A stretch of DNA of 64,000 bases from Alkalispirochaeta sp. (GTDB lineage: Bacteria > Spirochaetota > Spirochaetia > DSM-27196 > Alkalispirochaetaceae), in assembly GCA_965242725.1 (NCBI GenBank), contig CBDESZ010000015.1:1-64000 (forward strand). The letters are read 5' to 3'. Shown here piece after piece: positions 9,206-19,881 of this stretch. The position numbers and the translations under genes were made by a program. Numbering within the stretch: the first letter of the stretch is position 1; every line of letters starts with the position of its first letter. The notes beneath the pieces are model-generated. The model was given only the letters and a program-made list of their open reading frames with translations. It was not told where the DNA came from and made no database searches.

Positions 9206-11227
9206 ATGAACGTACGATCCTTTCGTATGGTCGCCATTGTCGCACTGATCGTGATCAGCGCCGGTTGGGCATATTCGCAACAGGCCGCGGATGCCGACGG
9301 GCGTGTGGATTTCACGCTTCAGCTGCTGCACTTTGCCGATATCGACGGTAATGAGGAGCGCGCACTCGATGCGGTCGATGAGTTTTCGGCGCTGGTAAAC
9401 GCCTTTCGTCGCGATCCAACCTACGGTGCGGCAACTGTTGTTGTCAGTTCCGGGGACAACATCATCCCGGGACCGCGCTATTTTGCGGCGGAGCAGGGTG
9501 CGGTCCGGGCGGTTACCGGAAGCAATGAACCGGGCCACGCAGACATCGCCTTTATGAATGCCTTCGGTGTCGCCGCATCGGCGTTGGGAAACCACGATCT
9601 CGACACCGGCCCGGGGGAGCTGGTGGACTCAATGAGCCCGGAGGCAACCGACTCAGCGTCCTTCCCGGGAGCCCTCTTTCCCTATCTGGCGGCAAATCTC
9701 GATTTTTCCACCGACGGCGATACGGCGTCCCGTGTCGGGCCGGCCGGCGGGAGCGTGGGGGATCTGGCCGGCAAGTTTGCCGCTTCGGCGGTTGTCTCGG
9801 TTGGCGGTGAACGAATCGGCCTCGTCGGCGCCTCAACGCCGACGCTCTCGACGATTACATCCACCGGTGGAATCGGCGTCAGTCCGGAAGGGACGGGATT
9901 TGCGATGGCCGATCTGGCCGCGGCGATACAGCCGGCTGTGGACGCCCTCGTCGCCGACGGAATCGACAAGGTGATCCTTCTCTCCCACATGCAACAGATA
10001 CGCGTCGAGCGCGAGCTCGCCACACTGCTGAGAGATGTGGACATCATCGTCGCCGGAGGATCCAACACCCGCATGGGCGACGCAACGGATGAACTGTTTC
10101 GGGGGGACGACGCATTCCAGGCGGCATACCCCTTTATCACCGAAGGCGCCGACGGCAATCCGGTTATCGGGGTGAACGTCGACGGTGACTACAAGTACCT
10201 CGGACGCCTCGTCGTCGGATTTGACGACCGGGGAGTCGTGGTCGTCGACAGCCTCAATGAACAGCTGAACGGCGCGTGGGCCAGCAATCCCTCCGTCGTC
10301 GCGCGGGTCGGCGGTCGTCCGATACCGCAGGTGGTCCGGGTGCGGGACGCCCTTACGAGCGTCATTACCGCCCAGTTCGGCAACGTCCTCGGGTACACGA
10401 GTGTATATCTCGACGGCCGTCGCAGTCAGGTACGCACAGAGGAAACAAACCTCGGTAATCTGACTGCCGATGCAAATCTGTGGTACGCCAGTCGGCTGTC
10501 GCCGCAACGCGTCGACGTTTCCATCAAGAACGGTGGAGGTATCCGGACCGAGATCGGAGCTGCGGTGGTGCCGCCGGGGTCGGTGGACTACGCCAATGCC
10601 GTCCTGTCACCGCCACCGGCACGGGACGACACGGGGACGGCGGAAGGGGCAATCACAGAAGGTCATTTGCGCGCGACATTGCGCTTTGACAACGGCCTCG
10701 CTCTGCTGACCGCCACCGCCGCGGAGCTCAAGATGGTGCTGGAACACGCGGTGGCGGAGACCGCGCCGGGGCAGACGCCGGGACGCTTTCCGCAGATCGC
10801 CGGTATGCGCATACGCTTTGACGCGTCGGCGCCGGCGGGCAACCGGATTCGATCCCTGGAAATCCTCAACGAGGACGGCTCCGTACGCGATACCGTCGTG
10901 TCGGGAGGGGCGATCCGTGGGAACGCCAACCGAACCTTTCGCATCGTCACACTCAACTTTCTCGCCAACGGCGGCGATGACTACCCCTTCGGCCAATTGG
11001 CGAACCCGAACAGGATGAATCTCTATGAAGGAGCCGGTTTCGGCGAGGACACTGACTATCCCGATGCAAACCTCGCAGCCGATCCCGGACGAAATTCGAG
11101 CTTCAGCTACACCGGGGGCGAACAGGATGCCCTCGCGGAGTACCTTCTGGCGATGCACGCCACTCCCGCGACGGCGTACAGTCAGGCCGAATTCAGCCGC
11201 GGCAACGACCGGAGAATCCGTTACTGA
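9206..11227 (+). CDS. secreted bifunctional metallophosphatase / 5'-nucleotidase
   Basis: Signal peptide; LLHFAD, SSGDN, GNHD, ETNLGNLTADA, NGGGIR, FPQIAG, FLANGGDDY; AGGAGG before ATG 9206. Confidence 0.9.
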   Translation: MNVRSFRMVAIVALIVISAGWAYSQQAADADGRVDFTLQLLHFADIDGNEERALDAVDEFSALVNAFRRDPTYGAATVVVSSGDNIIPGPRYFAAEQGAVRAVTGSNEPGHADIAFMNAFGVAASALGNHDLDTGPGELVDSMSPEATDSASFPGALFPYLAANLDFSTDGDTASRVGPAGGSVGDLAGKFAASAVVSVGGERIGLVGASTPTLSTITSTGGIGVSPEGTGFAMADLAAAIQPAVDALVADGIDKVILLSHMQQIRVERELATLLRDVDIIVAGGSNTRMGDATDELFRGDDAFQAAYPFITEGADGNPVIGVNVDGDYKYLGRLVVGFDDRGVVVVDSLNEQLNGAWASNPSVVARVGGRPIPQVVRVRDALTSVITAQFGNVLGYTSVYLDGRRSQVRTEETNLGNLTADANLWYASRLSPQRVDVSIKNGGGIRTEIGAAVVPPGSVDYANAVLSPPPARDDTGTAEGAITEGHLRATLRFDNGLALLTATAAELKMVLEHAVAETAPGQTPGRFPQIAGMRIRFDASAPAGNRIRSLEILNEDGSVRDTVVSGGAIRGNANRTFRIVTLNFLANGGDDYPFGQLANPNRMNLYEGAGFGEDTDYPDANLAADPGRNSSFSYTGGEQDALAEYLLAMHATPATAYSQAEFSRGNDRRIRY

Positions 11228-11235
11228 CTGATACG

Positions 11236-11265
11236 GCGGGCGGCGCGGACGCGTCGCCCGCTTTT
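11236..11265 (+). terminator. intrinsic terminator
   Basis: GCGGGCGGCGC-ggac-GCGTCGCCCGC then TTTT, just after the nucleotidase stop. Confidence 0.7.
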
Positions 11266-11356
11266 CCCCACCGAATCTCCGATTTGACCTTGCCCTCGGC
11301 GGCAACTCTTCCTATGATGCGGAACCTGAATCCCTTTGAGCTGGAGGTGCCTTACG

Positions 11357-11626
11357 ATGCGGGCCGTGATAACGGTAGTGGGAAATGATAAGCCGGGAAT
11401 AATTGCCGCGGTGAGCGGAGCGCTGGCGGAGAAAAACGTCAACATCCTCGATATCAGTCAGACGATCATGCAGGATGTCTTCACCATGTTCATGCTCGTG
11501 GAGACGGGCGCGATGGACATCTCCTTCAAACAGCTGCGGAACCTGCTCACCGAGCTGGGAACCCAGATCGAAATGAGCATAAACATGCAGCACGAAGACG
11601 TCTTTCAGTCGATGCATCGCATTTAG
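11357..11626 (+). CDS. ACT domain protein (UPF0237)
   Basis: MRAVITVVGNDKPGIIA...NILDISQT...FQSMHRI; usual partner of UPF0210. Confidence 0.92.
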   Translation: MRAVITVVGNDKPGIIAAVSGALAEKNVNILDISQTIMQDVFTMFMLVETGAMDISFKQLRNLLTELGTQIEMSINMQHEDVFQSMHRI

Positions 11627-11635
11627 AGAGGTACC

Positions 11636-13000
11636 ATGCTGCTTTTTTCTCCCTTTGAAATTCGTGAAACGACACAAATGCTCACCGAGCAGAATCTCGA
11701 TATTCGAACGATCACCATGGGCATCAGTCTGCTCGACTGCGCCGGAACGAGCCCGAGACAGGCGCGCCTGAAGGTCTACGACAAGGTAACCTCCGCAGCG
11801 GAGCGGCTCCTGGAGGTTGGTGAATCCATAGAAGTCGAGTACGGCATACCGATCATTAACCGACGCATTTCAGTAACGCCGATCTCTCTTCTCATAGAGG
11901 CGACCGGTGAAAAAGAGCCCATCGAATTCGCCAGGACCCTCGACCGGGCGGCACAGGCGGTGGGCGTCGATTTTCTCGGCGGGTACAGCGCCCTTGTACA
12001 CAAGGGAATGACTCCGGGAGAGCAACGGCTCATCGACAGCATTCCCGACGCCCTTGCGGAGACGGAGAAGGTGTGCGCCTCGGTGAACGTCGCCACCAGC
12101 CACGCCGGCATCAACATGAACGCGGTAGCCCACATGGGTGAGGTGATATACCAGCTTGCACGGAACACGGCGGACCGGGGCGGATTCGGCAACGCCAAGC
12201 TCGTCGTCTTTTCCAACGTCCCCGAGGATAATCCGTTCATGGCCGGCGCCTTTCACGGAATAGGGGAGTCGGAACGGGTTATACACGTCGGCGTGAGCGG
12301 CCCCGGCGCGGTCTTTTCCGCCGTCCGGGAGCACCCCGACGCCACCTTTGACGAGATCGCGGAAATCGTAAAGAAGACCGCCTTCAAGATTACCAGAATG
12401 GGACAGCTCGTACTCGGCGTCGCCGCCGAACGTCTCGGCGTGGAGCCGGGTATCGTCGATCTCTCCCTCGCGCCGACACCGGCTGTGGGTGACAGCGTCG
12501 CCCGCATCCTCGAGGCGATGGGTATCGAGCATACCGGCGGTCCCGGCTCAACGGCCGCCCTTGCGCTCCTCAACAACGCGGTGAAGAAGGGGGGCATGAT
12601 GGCCTCCTCACGAGTCGGCGGACTGAGCGGTTCCTTCCTGCCGGTGAGTGAGGACGAGGGCATGGCGGAGGCGGCGGAGCTCGGCGCCCTCTCCATAGAG
12701 AAGCTCGAGGCGATGACGGCGATCTGTTCCGTCGGCCTCGACATGATCGCCATTCCAGGGGATACCTCACCGTCGACGATTTCCGGAATCATCGCCGACG
12801 AGATGGCCATCGGCGTCATGAACGGCAAGACCACCGCCGCCCGACTCCTGCCCGTTCCCGGCAAAACGGCGGGCCAGTGGGTCGAGTTCGGCGGTCTCCT
12901 CGGGCGCGCGCCGATCATGCCGGTAAGCGCATTTTCCTGCGAGGATTTTGTCCGTCGCGGCGGAATCATTCCCGCCCCGATTACCTCTTTCAAGAACTAG
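11636..13000 (+). CDS. PFL-like family protein (UPF0210/DUF711)
   Basis: [45 protein letters not shown]. Confidence 0.93.
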   Translation: MLLFSPFEIRETTQMLTEQNLDIRTITMGISLLDCAGTSPRQARLKVYDKVTSAAERLLEVGESIEVEYGIPIINRRISVTPISLLIEATGEKEPIEFARTLDRAAQAVGVDFLGGYSALVHKGMTPGEQRLIDSIPDALAETEKVCASVNVATSHAGINMNAVAHMGEVIYQLARNTADRGGFGNAKLVVFSNVPEDNPFMAGAFHGIGESERVIHVGVSGPGAVFSAVREHPDATFDEIAEIVKKTAFKITRMGQLVLGVAAERLGVEPGIVDLSLAPTPAVGDSVARILEAMGIEHTGGPGSTAALALLNNAVKKGGMMASSRVGGLSGSFLPVSEDEGMAEAAELGALSIEKLEAMTAICSVGLDMIAIPGDTSPSTISGIIADEMAIGVMNGKTTAARLLPVPGKTAGQWVEFGGLLGRAPIMPVSAFSCEDFVRRGGIIPAPITSFKN

Positions 13001-13803
13001 GCGGGACCCACGACCGGATTGACCAGCTTTCCGATTTTATCGATTTCCAGCTCCATCACATCCCCCTCTTTTAAAAAGACAGGGGGGGTGCGAGTAAAGC
13101 CGACGCCGCCGGGGGTGCCTGTGAGGATAAGGGTTCCTGCCGGCAGCGTAGTGTCCTCCGACACATAGCGAATAATCTCGGCCACCGAAAAGATCATGTC
13201 CGATGTGTTTGTCTTCTGCATCACTTCGCCGTTCAGGCGGCAGGTCAACTCCAGTTTCTGGGGGTCGCCGATTTCGTCCGGAGTGACCAGACAGGGTCCG
13301 AGGGGGCAGAAGGTGTCGAAGCTTTTGCCCCGAACCCATTGCCCTCTCCCGGCATTTTTCTGCCAACGCCGTGCGGAAATGTCATTGGCTACCGTATATC
13401 CCGCAACGCTATCGAGTGCGGTCTCCAGGGTGGCGTCTCGGACAGACTTGCCGAGAACGACTGCCAGCTCGGCTTCGTAGTCCACCTCCGGTGTCTTCGC
13501 GCAGACTTTCGGGATCACGATAGGATCGTCAGGATTGGCGACGGTATTCAGGTTCTTCATGAACAGGGTGGGGTATCGGGGCAACTCATTACCCGTTTCT
13601 TCCGCGTGGGCGTGGTAGTTCAACCCAATGCAGAGAATACCGGTCGGTATAAAAGGTGCCAGCAGTTTCTTGACGGCCACCCTGTTGCCGGTGACCGTAA
13701 GGGATGAGAAAAAATCCCCTTCCAGGACGCTCGCCATGCCGTCCCGGTAGTCGCAGCCGAGAACGATATCGCCCTGTCCGTCGATAAATCGTATGATCTT
13801 CAT
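12997..13803 (-). CDS. fumarylacetoacetate hydrolase family protein
   Basis: [38 protein letters not shown]. Confidence 0.93.
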   Translation of the reverse strand: MKIIRFIDGQGDIVLGCDYRDGMASVLEGDFFSSLTVTGNRVAVKKLLAPFIPTGILCIGLNYHAHAEETGNELPRYPTLFMKNLNTVANPDDPIVIPKVCAKTPEVDYEAELAVVLGKSVRDATLETALDSVAGYTVANDISARRWQKNAGRGQWVRGKSFDTFCPLGPCLVTPDEIGDPQKLELTCRLNGEVMQKTNTSDMIFSVAEIIRYVSEDTTLPAGTLILTGTPGGVGFTRTPPVFLKEGDVMELEIDKIGKLVNPVVGPA

Positions 13804-13865
13804 GAATCCTCCAATATCAGGTACATGCTTTTGTCCGCCGTCAGAGGGCCAATATAAACCTTTGC

Positions 13866-15074
13866 CTAAAGGACCGCTCGTACAATTTCGTCAAACTCGT
13901 CATCCGTCAGCAGTCCGCGTTTGGCGATACCCACCTTCTTTACCCGCAGGACCAGTTCCTCGACGGTTTCATCGGAGACATCGGTGTATCCCTTTCTTTC
14001 CAGGTGATACAGTATGGAAAGTTTCCCGCTCTTTTTTCCGAGGACGACATCGCCGTTGCGACCCGTCAGTTGTGGTTCGGTGGCAAACATCGCCAACGGC
14101 TTTTTTATGACGAGATCTACGCCGATACCCGATTCCCGCGTGAAGTTACGCGGACCGATCACCGGTTTATTGACCGCCGGTGTAATCCCGGTGATGGATT
14201 CGATTTTCGATGCAAGATCAACGAGCCGATCCATTCTATACGGATTTGGTAGCTGGTACAGAACCTTCATCGCCATTATCAATTCTTCAGTTGCCGTGTT
14301 CCCGGTTCGTTCACCGAGACCGTTGGCGGCTCCGTGAACAACATTCGCGCCCGCTTCAAGGGCCGCGAGCTCAGTAGCGAGGGCCATCCCGAAATCGTTA
14401 TGAGTGTGTATTTCGACGGGTAATCCCGTTTTATTTATCACATGACGGACAAGGTATTTAATCGCAGTAGGCAATGCGCAGCCTACGGTGTCGACGATAC
14501 CGATACTGTCGGGCGGCGCATCCCGCATAATGCCTTCCAGAAGGTGTTCGAGATCCTCAAAACGCGCCCGGGTTGTATCGTACGGGAAGTATACCGTGTG
14601 CAGTCCATGCTCCCGTGCATAGTTGATTACCGGGACACTCCTCCTCAAAACCTCCTCCCAGGTCCAGCCGAATTGATATACAAGCTTGGGATATCCAATA
14701 GGTATCTCAATAATGACACCGTCCACGCCCGCATCGATAGCACTGTCTATATCGTCTTTTCTCGCTCGTGCGAACGAATATATTTTTGCATGAAGCCTGG
14801 CATTCACTATTGAACGGATCGCAGCGAAATCGTCTTCCGAGACGGCAGGCATGCCGGCCTCAATACGCTCGACACCAACGCCGTCGAGGAGACGGGCAAT
14901 TTCAAGTTTATTTTCCGGAGTCATCACCACTCCCGGCGTTTGCTCTCCGTCCCTGAGCGTCACATCATGGATTATCACGTTGTCCGGTATAGAAAATTCG
15001 CTCTCCACGGGATCAACATAATTATAAGGGCTTACCCACCACTGATCGGGTTTGTGATACTCATGTTTACTCAT
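13866..15074 (-). CDS. DRE-TIM metallolyase, homocitrate synthase/LeuA-like, no regulatory domain
   Basis: DVTLRDGEQ, HTHND, GLGERTGN, LGKKSG; RBS before ATG 15074. Confidence 0.88.
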   Translation of the reverse strand: MSKHEYHKPDQWWVSPYNYVDPVESEFSIPDNVIIHDVTLRDGEQTPGVVMTPENKLEIARLLDGVGVERIEAGMPAVSEDDFAAIRSIVNARLHAKIYSFARARKDDIDSAIDAGVDGVIIEIPIGYPKLVYQFGWTWEEVLRRSVPVINYAREHGLHTVYFPYDTTRARFEDLEHLLEGIMRDAPPDSIGIVDTVGCALPTAIKYLVRHVINKTGLPVEIHTHNDFGMALATELAALEAGANVVHGAANGLGERTGNTATEELIMAMKVLYQLPNPYRMDRLVDLASKIESITGITPAVNKPVIGPRNFTRESGIGVDLVIKKPLAMFATEPQLTGRNGDVVLGKKSGKLSILYHLERKGYTDVSDETVEELVLRVKKVGIAKRGLLTDDEFDEIVRAVL

Positions 15075-15227
15075 AATGTCTTCCTTTTCTCTGGTTTGTT
15101 GTAACCGCTCCGTTTTCATCGGGAAACTTGAATTTGCGTGTGTCCGTCGGTATTTGTAATTTAATTGTCACCTCGTCTCCTTTCGGTGCGCATGCGGCGC
15201 CGATTCTGATCTGATTCGCATCACAAC

Positions 15228-16736
15228 TCAGTAAACTCCGGTCCACCCACCTATCACGTAAACCGTCATGGCGACAATGAAACTGGCAACCACGGTCATG
15301 ACCGTTCCGGCAATCGCCATATCCTTTATCGAGAAATACCCCGCCGAATAGGGGATCACATTTGTTGGAGTCGATGTAACCAGGATGAATGCCATACTCG
15401 TGGTGAGTGCCGCCGGAATCGCTATGGAGAGAACGTCAATGTTCAACGTCGTCGCCAGTGTGATCATGATTGGAATGATTATTGTCGCGGTAACGGTATT
15501 GCTCGAGAGGAATATCTTCAGGAACCCGATAATGAGCACAACGAGAAAGACCCTGACAAACGGTCCGAGAGAGCCGATGCCGCCAAGAAAAACCACCGCC
15601 ATCCATTCTACCGACCCGGTTCGGTACAACGTTATTCCGAGGGAAATTCCGGAAACAATAAGGATAATGCTGTCCCAGCTGATCTCTTTTTCGATCGTTT
15701 TCCAATGTTCTCTTCCCACGCCGGGAAAGAAAAAGAGACTCGCCGTCAGGAGGACGGGCATTGAGATTGGAATGTCGATTCCGAGAAGCTTCTCCAACAG
15801 CGGCGTTGTAATCCAGAGGGCGACGGTGAGCAGAAAGATCGCCAGAGTTACTTTCTCGGTCCTATCCATCGCCGGAAACTCATGGTACGCCGCACGCAAT
15901 TCCTTTTTTGTTTTTTTGAGGTGCTTCATCTCGGGCTTGAAGAAGAAAAGGAGCATTGCCCAGGAGGGCAGTATTAACAGTATTCCGGCGGGGACACCGT
16001 ACATCATCCAACCTGCAAAGGTAAGTTTGATACCCGCCAATTCATCGAGGAACTCTATCGTCAAGGGATTGGGGCCCGCACCGGAAGGCGCCATGATTCC
16101 GCCGATAATCGGTCCCCACGCGCAGGCAATCATAAGTGCCTTTCCAAAGTTGCTCTTTAAGGGAGTTACACCTTCTTCGCGTAGAACGGCAACACCTAAT
16201 GGCATAAGCATGGCGGCGACCGCGGTATTCGTGATCCACATCGAAAGAAATCCTCCAACTACCAGAAAACCGAGGAGGATCATGGAAGTCCGATTGCCGG
16301 TTCTGGAGAGAAGAAACGCCGACACGCGATCACCGAGGTTGCTCCGGGTTATGAAACTCGAAAGCACCAGGACACCGATAAAGAAAATGAAAATATGGTT
16401 GCCGAAACCGGCTTGAACGATAGAGGAGAAGGAATCGACCCTTAACACGGTGAGGAGAAATACACCGAACAGTCCAGTGATATGGAAGGGAAGGGCTTCC
16501 GTAATCCATAGAATCAGCGCGAAGAGCAACACCCCAACGGCTGCCTGACCGTCCCGGGTCAATTCGGCGGCGCCAGCAATACGAATTGACCCGGGGAGAG
16601 AAAAAAAGCGGCCTGCCAGTGGAAAGACCAGTGCTATTGCGATCACGGCCCATTGAAAGGTGAGGCTCCTCTTCCCGCCTATGGAGGGCTTGGTATTCGA
16701 AGATCTGTCGATCCGTGGATGTATCGGTCCGTTCAT
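15228..16736 (-). CDS. DASS/SLC13 di-/tricarboxylate transporter
   Basis: SMWITNT, PSGAGPN, SSNT, TSTPTN motifs; many TM helices. Confidence 0.9.
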   Translation of the reverse strand: MNGPIHPRIDRSSNTKPSIGGKRSLTFQWAVIAIALVFPLAGRFFSLPGSIRIAGAAELTRDGQAAVGVLLFALILWITEALPFHITGLFGVFLLTVLRVDSFSSIVQAGFGNHIFIFFIGVLVLSSFITRSNLGDRVSAFLLSRTGNRTSMILLGFLVVGGFLSMWITNTAVAAMLMPLGVAVLREEGVTPLKSNFGKALMIACAWGPIIGGIMAPSGAGPNPLTIEFLDELAGIKLTFAGWMMYGVPAGILLILPSWAMLLFFFKPEMKHLKKTKKELRAAYHEFPAMDRTEKVTLAIFLLTVALWITTPLLEKLLGIDIPISMPVLLTASLFFFPGVGREHWKTIEKEISWDSIILIVSGISLGITLYRTGSVEWMAVVFLGGIGSLGPFVRVFLVVLIIGFLKIFLSSNTVTATIIIPIMITLATTLNIDVLSIAIPAALTTSMAFILVTSTPTNVIPYSAGYFSIKDMAIAGTVMTVVASFIVAMTVYVIGGWTGVY

Positions 16737-16740
16737 CGTG

Positions 16741-17631
16741 TCATGTCCCCGTTGTCAAGACGGATTTGAGAAGTTCCCCAACAAGACGCGGCCGTTCCGC
16801 GACCAACGCCCCGGCATCGGTCAATGCGGCGATTTTGTCTTCAACGGAACCGGTTCCTCCGGATACAATGGCACCGGCATGTCCCATCTGCTTACCTTCC
16901 GGAGCGGTCCGGCCCGCGAGAAAGGCGACCAACGGTTTGGTAAACCGTTTCTCGATTATCTCCTTCGCTACCTCCTCCTCCATCGTACCCCCGAGTTCAC
17001 CGATAACGACCACCGCTTCAGTCTCCGGGTCCTCTTGGTACCTGGGTAGCATCTCCGCAAAACGGGTGGCCGGAACGGGGTCACCACCGATCCCGATCAA
17101 GGTGGAAACTCCAAAACCCGCCGCGACGACCATAGAAGTCACTTCATTGGTCAGGCTCCCGCTTCGTGTCATAACACCGATAGAGCCCGGTTTATATACG
17201 CGGTCTATCCAGTATGGAAAAAAGCCCATCATCGCCTTACCGGGGCTGATTACTCCACTGGTGTTTCCGCCGATGACCACAGCTTCGGCCGCTCTGGCGG
17301 CGTGCCGGATCTTTACCGCATCGTGAAGGGGTATCCCGTCGGCGACGGCGACAATCTTCTTGATACCCGCCTCAAGCGCTTCAAGGACAGCGTCCATGGT
17401 GAGGTGAGGGGGAACAAAAATGATAGACGAGTCCGCCTCTTCCGACGCCAATGCCTGTTGAACGGTGTGGAAGACGGGAATGTCATGGATGCGCCTGCCA
17501 CCCTTTCCCGGGGTGACGCCGCATGTGACGGCGGTACCCATTTCCAGGATGTGCTTTGTCCAGAAACTCCCCTCCGTTCCCGTGATACCCTGGACGAGCA
17601 CCCGTGAGTGCCGATCTATAAAAATGCTCAT
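16741..17631 (-). CDS. sucD: ADP-forming acyl-CoA ligase alpha subunit (SucD-like, divergent)
   Basis: VQGITG, GVTPGKGG, GIGGD, phospho-His motif MGHAGA; ATGA overlap with the beta subunit. Confidence 0.88.
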   Translation of the reverse strand: MSIFIDRHSRVLVQGITGTEGSFWTKHILEMGTAVTCGVTPGKGGRRIHDIPVFHTVQQALASEEADSSIIFVPPHLTMDAVLEALEAGIKKIVAVADGIPLHDAVKIRHAARAAEAVVIGGNTSGVISPGKAMMGFFPYWIDRVYKPGSIGVMTRSGSLTNEVTSMVVAAGFGVSTLIGIGGDPVPATRFAEMLPRYQEDPETEAVVVIGELGGTMEEEVAKEIIEKRFTKPLVAFLAGRTAPEGKQMGHAGAIVSGGTGSVEDKIAALTDAGALVAERPRLVGELLKSVLTTGT

Positions 17632-18752
17632 CGGCGCCTCTCCTTCCGGGATATCTCGACGGCACGGCGGACCGCTTCTTCCGTATCGAGGAGCGGTTGC
17701 AGTCCGGCCGCTTTGAGCGTCTGAAATGCCTCTTTCTCGTTTGTTCCGCGGATACATGTGATGATCGGTACGTCCGGTCTGAGTCTGGTGATCGCCTCGA
17801 CCACCCCCTGTGCCATTACGTCGGCTCGGGCTATTGTCCCGAACGTCACGATGAGAATAACTTTGGGATTGGTCCGGAGGCAGAGCTCCATCGCTTGTAC
17901 CGCTTTCCGATAGTTGGGACCGCCAAACTCCAGATAATTGGCGATGGTGCCCCCTTCGTAGTGTACAAGATCAAACACAGTGGTAGTGAGGCCGGCTCCC
18001 GCACACATGAGACTGATATCACCATCAAACGGGAGATAAGGGATTCCCTCTCGTGCCGCGTCGCGTTCTATCTCGGTCTGATACGGTTTTTCCTTGATCC
18101 ACGTCTGGCGGTTGAGGGAGTTATTGTCGATCGCGATCTTTCCGTCACCGGCTATGAGCCGATCGTCGGATGTGACAAAGAGGGGGTTGATTTCCGCAAT
18201 CTCGCAATCGAGTTCCTGAAAGATTGAGCCGAGGTTGACCAATACGGCAACGACTTTTTGTGCCACCTCCGGTGAGAGGTCGAAGGAGTATGCAAACTGT
18301 CTCGCTTCAAACGGACGGATTCCCAGGGCGAGGTCAAAATGAGACCGGACAATTGATTGCGGCCTGGTTTTTGCCAGTGTCTCTATTTCCACACCGCCCT
18401 CGGTCGATCCGATAATAAGACCTGAGGCAGAAACAGGATCGACGGTAACGGAGAGGTAAAGTTCTTTACGAAAATCAATTGCCTCTTCGATCAGAACCCG
18501 TTCTATTTGATTCGCCGAATTATCGAGCAGAGCGTCCGTTTCCGCGACCGCCTCTTCATGTGATGCAGCAAATCGAATCAGTCCTGCCTTTCCCCGTCCG
18601 CCCTGAAGTATTTGCGCTTTCACAACGCACGGCACGCCTGTGTGATCCAACGCATCCGATACTTCACTTGGACTGGAGACGAGATAGCTCCGCGGAACCG
18701 GAATGCGGTGTACCGAGAAGATCTCTTTTGCCTGATACTCAAATAAATTCAC
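17628..18752 (-). CDS. sucC: ADP-forming acyl-CoA ligase beta subunit (SucC-like, ATP-grasp, divergent)
   Basis: NLFEYQAK, KAQILQGGRGKAG, GGVEIE, EINPL, GAGL; GTG start. Confidence 0.88.
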   Translation of the reverse strand: MNLFEYQAKEIFSVHRIPVPRSYLVSSPSEVSDALDHTGVPCVVKAQILQGGRGKAGLIRFAASHEEAVAETDALLDNSANQIERVLIEEAIDFRKELYLSVTVDPVSASGLIIGSTEGGVEIETLAKTRPQSIVRSHFDLALGIRPFEARQFAYSFDLSPEVAQKVVAVLVNLGSIFQELDCEIAEINPLFVTSDDRLIAGDGKIAIDNNSLNRQTWIKEKPYQTEIERDAAREGIPYLPFDGDISLMCAGAGLTTTVFDLVHYEGGTIANYLEFGGPNYRKAVQAMELCLRTNPKVILIVTFGTIARADVMAQGVVEAITRLRPDVPIITCIRGTNEKEAFQTLKAAGLQPLLDTEEAVRRAVEISRKERRR

Positions 18753-18800
18753 TCGTCAAATCCTTCGTTCCGTTACGAAATGGCGCTCTCTAAAGAATCC

Positions 18801-18843
18801 TTGACGTCCCGTGAGGGTAATGATAACATGTATATGTATACAA
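18801..18843 (+). promoter_or_regulatory. sigma70-type promoter of gntR with overlapping TGTATACA palindrome
   Basis: TTGACG-N17-TAACAT with extended TG, then GTATATGTATACA. Confidence 0.7.
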
Positions 18844-18862
18844 AATCAAGATAGGAATCAAG

Positions 18863-19579
18863 ATGAAAGAGGATTCATTTCACAAGGAGATCGGCGAGAA
18901 ACGTCCGATTCAAGCCATCGAAAAACCGGAAAGTCTCCGGAAGGAAGTTTACGAGCGCATCAAGAACGCCATAGTTACCAATAAATTCAATCCGGGACAG
19001 CGCCTGGAAGAAAAATACCTGAGTGATTCACTGGAAGTGAGCCGAACACCGATCCGTGAGGCTCTCACACGGCTGGAGCACGAAGGACTCGTCGGATCAA
19101 TTGCCAATCGTGGTTCATTTGTCAAACGTTTTACCGTCAAAGATATTCTCGAAATACTGGAACTAAGAGAGGTGAACGAGGGATTGGCAGCGCGGCTCTT
19201 TGCCGAACGTGCGGCCGAACAGGATGTGATGGAGTTGCGTGGAACTATGACGCCTTTCAACGTTGATACCGTTGAAGACAATATCGACGAATACAATCAG
19301 GCGAACGTTGAATTTCACAACATTGTCATGCAGGGCGCTCGAAACGGACGATTGGTCGCCGCGCTGGAGAACCTCTATGACCACTACGCGGTAGCCACGA
19401 CTCTGCGTATCATTCCTCTTACCAAGAGGGGCGCGCGATCCCTTCGGGAGCATCTGCGGATTATCGCGGCGATAGAGGAGAGGGATTCTCAGAAGGCGGA
19501 AGAGGAAATGCGCCTGCATATTCGGTCGATCATCGACGATTTCATACGGAGCTCAGACGAAGTTTCAGATTTGATGTAG
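18863..19579 (+). CDS. GntR family regulator (FCD domain)
   Basis: LEVSRTPIREAL HTH; NVEFHNIV and EHLRIIAAI FCD motifs. Confidence 0.95.
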   Translation: MKEDSFHKEIGEKRPIQAIEKPESLRKEVYERIKNAIVTNKFNPGQRLEEKYLSDSLEVSRTPIREALTRLEHEGLVGSIANRGSFVKRFTVKDILEILELREVNEGLAARLFAERAAEQDVMELRGTMTPFNVDTVEDNIDEYNQANVEFHNIVMQGARNGRLVAALENLYDHYAVATTLRIIPLTKRGARSLREHLRIIAAIEERDSQKAEEEMRLHIRSIIDDFIRSSDEVSDLM

Positions 19580-19881
19580 CGGTCGGCGGGAAAGCCGGTA
19601 CGGCAACTTGGTCAGTTCGACCCGAAGGGAGGCACCCGTTCCACGATGAGAACATTGTGGAGAGAGTCTATAAACGCCGGTAATACAGGGACGTCCGGGT
19701 TTCGGCGGTCATTAAATAAATCCGACTCCTTGTGTGGAGGTGATAAAGGGTTCAGGAGGCTCGCTATGCCATGAGAAACGAATAAAACGCCGTGCAGGCA
19801 CAGTTTTGGGGTATCCGGTTGTGCCCGACCGCCGTCGACGGAAGGGTAGCATGTGACCACAAATAAAAAGAAGGAGAAAAG

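Noticed and set aside
15385..16416. 343-aa plus-strand ORF and similar long shadow ORFs (12253-12993, 46950-47789)
   Set aside because: Antisense to well-supported genes, with no motifs.
19754..19785. AGGAGG followed by mini-ORFs MP* and MRNE* in the tctC leader
   Set aside because: Too short to support; no attenuator or riboswitch structure recognised.
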